DNA of 64,000 nt, from positions 13,256 to 77,255 of the IMG/VR virus record IMGVR_UViG_3300043446_005775. One strand, written 5' to 3'. The stretch comes from a virus. Shown piece by piece: positions 56,627 through 64,000 of this stretch. Below the pieces are notes generated by a model. That model had not been told where the DNA came from. It worked only from the letters and a program-made list of their open reading frames with translations, and did not search any database. The position numbers and the translations under genes were made by a program. Within the stretch, counting starts at the first letter, position 1; every line of letters starts with the position of its first letter.

Positions 56627-59600
56627 ATGACCGTAACAAATACCTCATACAGCACGAACAGTTACCGGGTGAACATCACGAATGAGCTTTCGTCGGCGAA
56701 CATTCTTTCCGGCGTCAACACGGCAATTACCGCCTTGGGGTGGACAAGTTACGATACGGTCACGAATTCGGTGCCCGGTGCTGGAACAAGCAATGCGTTT
56801 TCTCCCATCTATACGTATGTGTACCGCGCTCCGAATAATGATGGCACGGGCACAGGCTTGACGGTCAACACGACGGTTTCGGGAGGTGTGGTTACCGCAG
56901 CGACAGTGAACGCCGCGGGATCCGGATATCTGAGTTCCGGAACAGGAACGCTGACATTCACCATCGCCGGTGGTGGTGTTCCGGCAATTGCCACCATTGG
57001 TGTGACGAGTGGTGTGCCAGCAGGAACAATCACGATAGTTTCCGGAGGCACGAATTACACGACAGGCACTGGCGTTGCCACGTATCCATATACGTGGAAG
57101 TACTTCATTTTGCGATGGGATGTCAGCAAGCAGCAGTTCTTCACATCCGCTTGCGAGTATTGGAACAATGTGACGCATGTGGCCACCAATGAGACGTGGA
57201 ATGGAGCGGGATCGTTTCCCCAGCAGTATGACCTCAAGGATTGCTTCATCTGGGTGGGCGCAACGGCAAGGCATCTTGTCCTGTGGCCGTTCATCAAGTC
57301 AGAGCCGGGAATGTGGGCTGGAGTGTTCGAGTTCGAACGGGTTGTTCCCGAGGATACGGTAGGAAACGGTGCTCCGTGCTTTGCATGGACAAATAGCGTC
57401 ATGATCGGCACTCCGTACGGAAAGACGACAGGCACCATCAGCAGGATCATGTACGCTTTTCCGCGGACACAGGACGGATTCACGGGTGCTGCGGCAGCAC
57501 AGATTTACGCGCCAGTGACAAATCGTGGCATGTTCCCGCCTTCGTATCCACAGGGCACTCTCTCCATTTCGGTGGACACCAATCTCTTGCATCTTGCCAG
57601 CTATTACAACCTGACGTACGGGTGGGACACCTCAACAGCAAAGGCATTTGCCTCCCCGATCTCGGTTGACGGAATCTCGAAAGCCATGCCATTTGGCCGG
57701 ACGTACAACCTGAGCACCACCAAGCAGATCGGATCATTCCTCGACACCACGACACTGACATTGGACACGACGGGAGGATGGGTTGCATCGACGGGCACAT
57801 CAGCCGATTGCGTGATCCTGCCGATGAACGGCGGGACAGAGATCGGATCGATTACCTACGGAGCGAACAAGATGTCCGCTCCGGTGGGAACGAACGCCAT
57901 GACCACCAACGTCTCCAAGATGATCGTGATTGGTGACAATGTCTGGGCCTGTGCACAGGAAGGGGTCTATACGTGGGCAATGAGTGCCGGAACAGTCACT
58001 CCGACACTTGTGTATGCGAGTAGCGTAAGCCTTGGTGTCATTGACATTGTCTTTGATGGCGCGAGAAGCATTTATGCATCGACATATTTCGGCGTGGTAA
58101 AGATCGACACGGAAACATTAGCAGCAACAAGTTACGTGTTTCCCAATGGTGCGGGATCAGGATTGACGGTCACCACAACCGTGACGGGCGGTGCGGTTAC
58201 TGCGGCAACGGTGACTGCTGCAGGAACCGGGTATCTCGGCCAAACTTCCGGAACGCTGTATTTCACCATACCGGGACAGACCGGATTGCCTGCGCTGTGT
58301 TCCATCTCGTTGACAACCGCAGGTGCCACCACAGGTGCAGCAACCGTGGTGTATGGAGGAACTGGATACACTGCGGGAACGGCGTTGCCGACTCACGTCA
58401 TGATGGGTGGAGGATACCTGAGTCTTGACAACAAGTACCTGTATGTCACGCAGAGGTTCCCGGCGCTGCAACCTACCATCTGTTCGTTGGCAATCATGAC
58501 GGCTTCATTCACTGCCACCATTTCGGGAACAACCATGACGGTCTCTGCGGTTGCGATTGGAAACCTTGCAATCGGGCAGACAGTCACCGGCTCAGGTGTC
58601 ACTGCGAGTTCAGTGATCGTTGCCCTCGGCACCGGCACTGGCGGAACGGGAACCTACACCTTGAGCCAGTCCTCAACGGTCTCGACAGGAGTTTCGATGT
58701 CGGCAACGATGAGCGCCGCGTTGAACTACGGAGCGTCATTCACTGTCAACACCACCGTTGCGTCCGGAGCGGTTACCGCAGCAGCAATCAATGCTGCTGG
58801 CACGGGATATCTGGGGGGATTATCAGGCACGTTGTACTTCCAGATAGCCGGAGGAACGGGACTTGCCATCGCCTCTGCGGCGGTCACCAACGGAGCGGTG
58901 ACAGGAACACCCGTCATCTTGTCTGCGGGATACGGATATTCCGGCTCATTGACTGGTGTTGCAACGGTTGCACTGCCAGCATTGTACACAAGTCCCACGG
59001 CATTGGCGTTCGCTTCAGTGTTTGGCGTACCCGTGCCGGATTACAACGGAACGACGTATGCGGCCACGCAGAACGGCACCTCGGCATCGGCACAGAGCAT
59101 GCGGCTTGTCTCGTATACCGCAGACAATGCAGCGTCCTCCTACAATGTTGCAAACCTTGTGGTCACGACGACATCCTCGACTCCGTACAATCCCACTTCG
59201 TTCTACATTGATCCTACGGCAGGGACAATCTACTGCATCATTTCCGCGGCTACCACCGGAACAATCTATCGGGTCACCACCGCGTTGGTATCCGCGGCAA
59301 GCGCTTCCTACACCACGGCAGCAACCACAGGCTGCCAGTCCTACCGTGTTGCAAACAACCTCGATTATTTCGGTGACCTTGCCGTTGTCCCCTTCCGTGG
59401 ACTGTTCTATATTTTTCCAAAGGGACGGTCAACAACCTCGACATACAATTCACGGGTGCTCTTGAGCGATCCCACAAATGCGACAGCGGGAAATCCGACG
59501 TACCTGCAGCAATCCGTCGGACAGGCCATCAATACCAACGTCATGGGGGATTCATTGAACAATTTGGTGACGAATGGACCTCGCGTCATTTTCTCTTATG

Positions 59601-59686
59601 GCTCGAATATCTATTATTCAAACAATGCGTACACACTTCAGAACGTCCAGGCAGGCAACGCAGGCAGACTGCTATTGAGGGCATGA
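56627..59686 (+). CDS. Virion appendage/adhesin protein (paralogue B) with four inserted G/T-rich modules
   Basis: Paralogue of 53829..56597; TTGTATACT box at 56601-56609 and GGGAG SD. Confidence 0.65.
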   Translation: MTVTNTSYSTNSYRVNITNELSSANILSGVNTAITALGWTSYDTVTNSVPGAGTSNAFSPIYTYVYRAPNNDGTGTGLTVNTTVSGGVVTAATVNAAGSGYLSSGTGTLTFTIAGGGVPAIATIGVTSGVPAGTITIVSGGTNYTTGTGVATYPYTWKYFILRWDVSKQQFFTSACEYWNNVTHVATNETWNGAGSFPQQYDLKDCFIWVGATARHLVLWPFIKSEPGMWAGVFEFERVVPEDTVGNGAPCFAWTNSVMIGTPYGKTTGTISRIMYAFPRTQDGFTGAAAAQIYAPVTNRGMFPPSYPQGTLSISVDTNLLHLASYYNLTYGWDTSTAKAFASPISVDGISKAMPFGRTYNLSTTKQIGSFLDTTTLTLDTTGGWVASTGTSADCVILPMNGGTEIGSITYGANKMSAPVGTNAMTTNVSKMIVIGDNVWACAQEGVYTWAMSAGTVTPTLVYASSVSLGVIDIVFDGARSIYASTYFGVVKIDTETLAATSYVFPNGAGSGLTVTTTVTGGAVTAATVTAAGTGYLGQTSGTLYFTIPGQTGLPALCSISLTTAGATTGAATVVYGGTGYTAGTALPTHVMMGGGYLSLDNKYLYVTQRFPALQPTICSLAIMTASFTATISGTTMTVSAVAIGNLAIGQTVTGSGVTASSVIVALGTGTGGTGTYTLSQSSTVSTGVSMSATMSAALNYGASFTVNTTVASGAVTAAAINAAGTGYLGGLSGTLYFQIAGGTGLAIASAAVTNGAVTGTPVILSAGYGYSGSLTGVATVALPALYTSPTALAFASVFGVPVPDYNGTTYAATQNGTSASAQSMRLVSYTADNAASSYNVANLVVTTTSSTPYNPTSFYIDPTAGTIYCIISAATTGTIYRVTTALVSAASASYTTAATTGCQSYRVANNLDYFGDLAVVPFRGLFYIFPKGRSTTSTYNSRVLLSDPTNATAGNPTYLQQSVGQAINTNVMGDSLNNLVTNGPRVIFSYGSNIYYSNNAYTLQNVQAGNAGRLLLRA

Positions 59687-59689
59687 TCA

Positions 59690-61159
59690 ATGCCCGTGTA
59701 TTTTGGGGCATTGACAAGCGCAAAGGGGCAAAATGTCTCTTCGGTGACCTTTGCCCACACCGTGAGTTCCACACAGTATGCAGCAGGGACAAAGCTGCTT
59801 CTTGTGGCGATCACATTCATTGATTATTTTAGCCTTCCCACGAGCATAACCTACAATGGCGTGGCAATGACGCGCATTTCCCTGCCCGGTTCATCAGGAG
59901 GTGGCATCTCGCAAGGTTCCGGCGATTATCCGCGCATTGAATACTGGTATTACTTGAATCCTCCAACAGGGACTTCCTACAACGTTGTTGCAACATTCAG
60001 TTCGCAAAACTACATTCAGGCAGCAGCCTGGTCATTTTCAGGTGTCAACGCGACCACTCCGCTTGCCTCATTTACCTATACCTCGGGATTTGTCTATCCA
60101 GTCGGAAGCCAGACCGCTTCCATTTCCATGGCAAGCACCACGGGATCCATTGCCGTGGACACCATTGCCGGATGGAAGACCTTTGGAACCACCTATGGGT
60201 CGGGACAAGATGCGCTCGCGACTCCATGGTATGAATCCTCCGACGGTTCATGGAGAGGAGCGGGAAGCGCGAAAGTGACAAGCTCGATATCAACGACAAC
60301 GTCATGGACGGTTTCCGCCGACCAAAGCAACTTGACTCTTTATCGTTATCTTCTTGCGGGGCTTGTCGTGCAATCAAATGATGCAACATTTGGCGGGAAC
60401 AACATTACTTCATCATATACTTTTTCGCGGCTGCAAAAATTTCCCGCTTCCAATCAACTTCCTAGATACACGTACGCACAGGTTATCGCAAATGACTCCA
60501 ACTCTACTGACGAGCATCAAATCATTAACTTGACCACCAATCCGGTTGTCTACAAGAATATTGCTCCAAGTCGTTTGCCGTACAAGCCAATCAGCAATCC
60601 TCCTTCATATGCGAGGTTGCCTGTTTCGCTTGCGAGCTCGACTGCCTACAATTTCACACAATTCGGATATCCGTTCGGTCGATACAAAAGCACTGGGTTT
60701 ACACTCCGAACGGTTCCATTGATATTGGCGTCTGCAAATGTTCCCCGGTGGAAATACTTGGAGGTCAAACAGCAGGACCTGAACACCACGAATGACATGC
60801 AGGTATTCACAATTGGCCCGAATACAATCGTGTACAACAAGATCTATGCAGTGCCGAATTTCAACAACATCAAATATCCGGCAGCAGTTTCTGCTTCGCC
60901 CGTGACACGGAACCCTTGGTCACTTGTTTCATCGCCGGGATTCAGGAATTTCTTTTCTCGCGCCGGAAATGTCACTGCAATTTCGGCCAATTCAACAGTA
61001 TCCAGGCCTTCATCATTTTCTCCCAGATGGAAATACCTTCAATTGTATTACAATCCACTTTTGGAAGACGATCAGGTCATTATTGTGATAAACTCAAATA
61101 CATTCACGAAAAACATACGAACGAGCGGAATTGTCGTATCGTATGTATTCTGGAGTTGA
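59690..61159 (+). CDS. Putative virion protein with an N-terminal beta-sandwich and three C-terminal repeats
   Basis: TFAHTV...KLLLVAI...ITYNGVAMT N-terminal domain; PR(Y/W)xY..V...D......Q...I..N..VY..I three times. Confidence 0.6.
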   Translation: MPVYFGALTSAKGQNVSSVTFAHTVSSTQYAAGTKLLLVAITFIDYFSLPTSITYNGVAMTRISLPGSSGGGISQGSGDYPRIEYWYYLNPPTGTSYNVVATFSSQNYIQAAAWSFSGVNATTPLASFTYTSGFVYPVGSQTASISMASTTGSIAVDTIAGWKTFGTTYGSGQDALATPWYESSDGSWRGAGSAKVTSSISTTTSWTVSADQSNLTLYRYLLAGLVVQSNDATFGGNNITSSYTFSRLQKFPASNQLPRYTYAQVIANDSNSTDEHQIINLTTNPVVYKNIAPSRLPYKPISNPPSYARLPVSLASSTAYNFTQFGYPFGRYKSTGFTLRTVPLILASANVPRWKYLEVKQQDLNTTNDMQVFTIGPNTIVYNKIYAVPNFNNIKYPAAVSASPVTRNPWSLVSSPGFRNFFSRAGNVTAISANSTVSRPSSFSPRWKYLQLYYNPLLEDDQVIIVINSNTFTKNIRTSGIVVSYVFWS

Positions 61160-61169
61160 AAGGAAAAGA

Positions 61170-61409
61170 ATGATGCCAACACTGTTTGAGCGATTTGATG
61201 ACCCATACATTTATGGTCCGTTATCCAACAACGACGTGCAGGAAATTCTGGTCAATCACCGCATGGTTGAATTGGGAGATGGCTGGTACGTGGGAGTCCC
61301 CGTGCAGATCGAGAAATGGAAGCATGTGGAAATCGTGCGCCCTCTTCCTCCTCCTCCGTCGGAACCAGTTGCCGAGGAAACCGCTGAAATTCCGGCGAAC
61401 AGCAAATAG
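61170..61409 (+). CDS. Small hypothetical protein
   Basis: ATG after AAGGA; 79 aa. Confidence 0.55.
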   Translation: MMPTLFERFDDPYIYGPLSNNDVQEILVNHRMVELGDGWYVGVPVQIEKWKHVEIVRPLPPPPSEPVAEETAEIPANSK

Positions 61410-61514
61410 GCAAGCACAGGGAATCGTCATGATGGAAAATCAGATCGGAATATGTTAGTTTTATCGAAAGCCGAGAAAAGTTCCTGCCCGAATAACAGAA
61501 AAAGGATTACTGAA

Positions 61515-61799
61515 ATGGCATTGTCAAAGACGATTACAACAGAAAACGGCCTGGAATTCAAGGATGCATATCATCGCATCATCAATGTGCGATATACCCC
61601 GCCGCACGATTTGGTGATGAATATTGCCGCATATGTGGGAGAAGAGCAAGCTCGGGCAGGGAAAATGCCAATTGCAACGGTTACGGTCAGTTTTCCAGAA
61701 ACTTCTCATGATCGAATCGTAGGTGAATCCACTTTGCTACGGGGGATGTACATGGCCCTGAAAGAAATGCCGACGTTTGAGGATTGCAAAGACTGCTAA
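61515..61799 (+). CDS. Small tail-fibre-associated protein
   Basis: MAL.KTI....G.....AY.RI...Y.ALK.MP.F....DC, a pattern typical of small genes next to fibre genes; AAGGA SD. Confidence 0.6.
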   Translation: MALSKTITTENGLEFKDAYHRIINVRYTPPHDLVMNIAAYVGEEQARAGKMPIATVTVSFPETSHDRIVGESTLLRGMYMALKEMPTFEDCKDC

Positions 61800-61848
61800 C
61801 TGAACCTTTCGTTTTGTATACTGTATAAAACGACTGGAGAGGTTATGC

Positions 61849-62769
61849 ATGCCATCAACAGTAAGTACTCTGGGCAAATTTATTCCAATCACAAGAAAAT
61901 ATTCCTCAGATGCAAGATTTACCATGTCGCTTACGGACAAGGATACCGGAGAAGCATTTGAAACCTATACGTTCTATGTAACGCCGGATCAAATCACGAT
62001 ACAAACCCCAGGACGTGTGCAGGTGTACCAGACTGCACGTGGATCAGCGCATATCGATCACATGGGAGCCGGTTTGGCTACTGTTGTCATCACTGGACAG
62101 ACTGGGATGAGTCCACTTACCCCAGGGGCACCAACGGGGCTGTATCAGTATCGTCTTCTGCGGAAAATGATCGAGAAGTATTTTGATTTGTGCGAAGCCG
62201 CCATTGGCCCCAATTCGGTTTCGTTGATCCTCTCAGTCTCATTTCCTGATAATCCGTTCTTCGGACGATGGCCAGTAGCTGTCAAGGACTTCACGTTGAG
62301 TCGCAGCGCTGACAAGCCCATGCACAACCGGTATGCGTTGACAATGATCATTGTGGGACGCAATTCCTATTCCCCTTCCCGGCCCGATGCCAAGAGAAGC
62401 GACCCAAGCACTGCCGCTGCCGCAAGGACTGCGGCTCAGAATGCACTTAACAAGGCAGTTCCGGATGAATGGTTCAACTATACGGTGCCATTCAACGCCA
62501 ATGCTCTCCAAGAGGGGGAGAAGGTGGATAATCCACTGACGCTCATGGAGATCATCGCCACGGTGTATCCGTCTCTTGTCAGTGGAATTGAAGAAGGGGG
62601 AAGTGCGGCACCTCTTGGAAAATATGTGACAGATTTGCAAGCAAGAAATCAAATAGAAAATCCATACGCAAAGATATCATCAGGGACCGTTGTGTATCTG
62701 TACAAATTCCTTAATCAAAGCTCCCAATCGCAAACGGTGCCAGGTCCGTATGTGGACTCTGGATATTAG
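61849..62769 (+). CDS. Baseplate / tail tube initiator protein with a degenerate C-terminal LysM
   Basis: YTFYVTPDQI....PGRV.V.QT..G.AHID.MG.GL..V.ITGQTG...F.LSRS..KP...RY.L; C-terminal TLMEIIATVY...L...NQIENP..I.SG.V.YL; GGAGAGG SD. Confidence 0.65.
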   Translation: MPSTVSTLGKFIPITRKYSSDARFTMSLTDKDTGEAFETYTFYVTPDQITIQTPGRVQVYQTARGSAHIDHMGAGLATVVITGQTGMSPLTPGAPTGLYQYRLLRKMIEKYFDLCEAAIGPNSVSLILSVSFPDNPFFGRWPVAVKDFTLSRSADKPMHNRYALTMIIVGRNSYSPSRPDAKRSDPSTAAAARTAAQNALNKAVPDEWFNYTVPFNANALQEGEKVDNPLTLMEIIATVYPSLVSGIEEGGSAAPLGKYVTDLQARNQIENPYAKISSGTVVYLYKFLNQSSQSQTVPGPYVDSGY

Positions 62770-62778
62770 GAGAATAAA

Positions 62779-63327
62779 ATGCCACTGACCGTTGCGATAA
62801 ATACCACAGATTTGGCAGCAGCACAGAAAAGTCCATATGTGGACTACCGCAGCAAGATGCCCAAAGAAATCCAAGATCTTTTGAATGAGTATCAGGAATT
62901 GGAGTTGCTGTCCTTGTTCATGGAAAAGACAATGCTGATTCAGGATCTTCATACACCAAGCTTGAGAAAATCTGTCAAGACGGCTTGTGATGTGATTGTC
63001 AAATTCCTTGACATCCTAGAAGCAGAAATCTTTGTGGATGGGAACAGAAAGCAGCTTGCACAATTGTTTTTCGCGCAAATGCATCGTCAATGTGCGGATC
63101 TTTCGTTTTACATGTCTCTTTCTGAGAGACAAACCATTTATGCTGACGGACAAAAGGGTGGATATTCGTTGAGAATACAACCAGAGGGATCAGGCATCAT
63201 GCAAAAGATAAAGGATTGGGACATTGTAGCCGACCTGCTGTATTTCGGCAAAGACAAGCCGCCCGTAAACGTAAAGGAGTCATTGCGGGTTTTCTTGGGC
63301 AGTCTCTCATTTGAGCGAATATCCTGA
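62779..63327 (+). CDS. Hypothetical baseplate-region protein
   Basis: 182 aa, AGGAG SD, TGATG coupling to the next gene. Confidence 0.65.
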   Translation: MPLTVAINTTDLAAAQKSPYVDYRSKMPKEIQDLLNEYQELELLSLFMEKTMLIQDLHTPSLRKSVKTACDVIVKFLDILEAEIFVDGNRKQLAQLFFAQMHRQCADLSFYMSLSERQTIYADGQKGGYSLRIQPEGSGIMQKIKDWDIVADLLYFGKDKPPVNVKESLRVFLGSLSFERIS

Positions 63328-64000
63328 TGTCGTACCTGACTCATTCCCTGCGATCATTGGATACGCTGCCGTTGCTGGCAGACAAGTATCTCGGCGCATC
63401 ATCAAGATGGTCAGAAATTGTTTCAATCAACAAGCTCCGTGCGCCGTTCATTTCTGATGATCCTTATGATCAACTCCATCCAGAGCGTGGACATATTTTC
63501 ATCGGCGCAGATTTGGAAGCGGGAGCAACAAGGATTTCATTTGACAATGCCGATATCATATCCGGCAGGATCCCTCATCATGTCCTGAAACCAGGAGCCG
63601 TGCTGTTCATCAAGAAATATCTTTCCAATGGGGACACCGCGCATGATTCCATACGCATCAAGTCATATTTCAAATTCACCAATCGTGACAGCCTAGGAGA
63701 CATTGCGCCCAAAGGCACCGTGGAATTTGACACGACATTCATTGACTATCCAAGAATAAGCGCCGTGCAAGCGGGTTTGATCAAGAGAAAGGTGTATTTT
63801 AGTGGAATCTGGTCTGAATCAGGCGCAGGAAACACTGGACAGTATTACAACGCTGGCGATCTGCTCGTGGACACAATCTACAAGACGTGGCGATGCACAG
63901 CAGCAGGCTCGCCCGGAACTTGGCAAAGGATAACCGAATCGGAGTTTGGGAACTTCTCCGCAACAAGACAACGTGGCAACCCGGCACAAGCTGCACGGTA
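63327..64000 (+). CDS. LysM-like baseplate protein, 3'-truncated (not in the supplied ORF track)
   Basis: My translation from ATG 63327 is open to the window end: MSYLTHSLRSLDTLPLLADKYLGASSRWSEIVSINKLRAPFISDDP... (LysM-like DTL..LA.KYLG...RW.EI..IN.L) and later GQYYNAGDLLVDTIYKTWRCTAAGSPGTWQRI. Confidence 0.75.
   Translation, partial: MSYLTHSLRSLDTLPLLADKYLGASSRWSEIVSINKLRAPFISDDPYDQLHPERGHIFIGADLEAGATRISFDNADIISGRIPHHVLKPGAVLFIKKYLSNGDTAHDSIRIKSYFKFTNRDSLGDIAPKGTVEFDTTFIDYPRISAVQAGLIKRKVYFSGIWSESGAGNTGQYYNAGDLLVDTIYKTWRCTAAGSPGTWQRITESEFGNFSATRQRGNPAQAAR

Noticed and set aside
53829-59686. Possible diversity-generating retroelement or invertible fibre cassette
   Set aside because: The paralogues differ at synonymous positions of all bases rather than only at adenines, are in the same orientation, and no reverse transcriptase or invertase is visible in the window.
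1-64000. Stop-codon reassignment
   Set aside because: Genes tile the + strand densely in the standard code, and TAA, TGA and TAG all end genes at tight junctions.

Overview
This 64 kb window comes from a large tailed dsDNA phage with a contractile tail. Almost all real genes lie on the + strand in the standard genetic code, and the structural genes look like distant relatives of the SPO1/A511/K-type (Herelleviridae-like) module. From about 24.8 kb to the end it holds a morphogenesis cluster: two neck proteins, prohead protease, acidic scaffold, major capsid protein, tail completion genes, a sheath with insertions, two tandem tail-tube paralogues, a tail chaperone with a probable +1 frameshift, a tape measure with a VgrG3-like muramidase, a hub with a CHAP/NlpC insert, a spike-fibre fusion, several fibre or appendage proteins and LysM-type baseplate genes. 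No portal or terminase is recognisable. The first 24.8 kb is the unusual part. It encodes a 5'-truncated protein of more than 4,150 aa with several SLOG (DprA- and YspA-type) domains and a NADAR domain, an HD-hydrolase fused to a divergent PARP-like ADP-ribosyltransferase fold, a 1,848-aa repeat protein with pentapeptide repeats, and a Vsr/DUF559 nuclease. These proteins carry the same hydrophobic-x-K-[S/A] motif that is dense in the protease, scaffold and capsid propeptide. My main hypothesis, which is inference, is a capsid-packaged, protease-matured, injected set of NAD+/ADP-ribose conflict proteins. All domain calls come from reading motifs by eye; no database searches were run.
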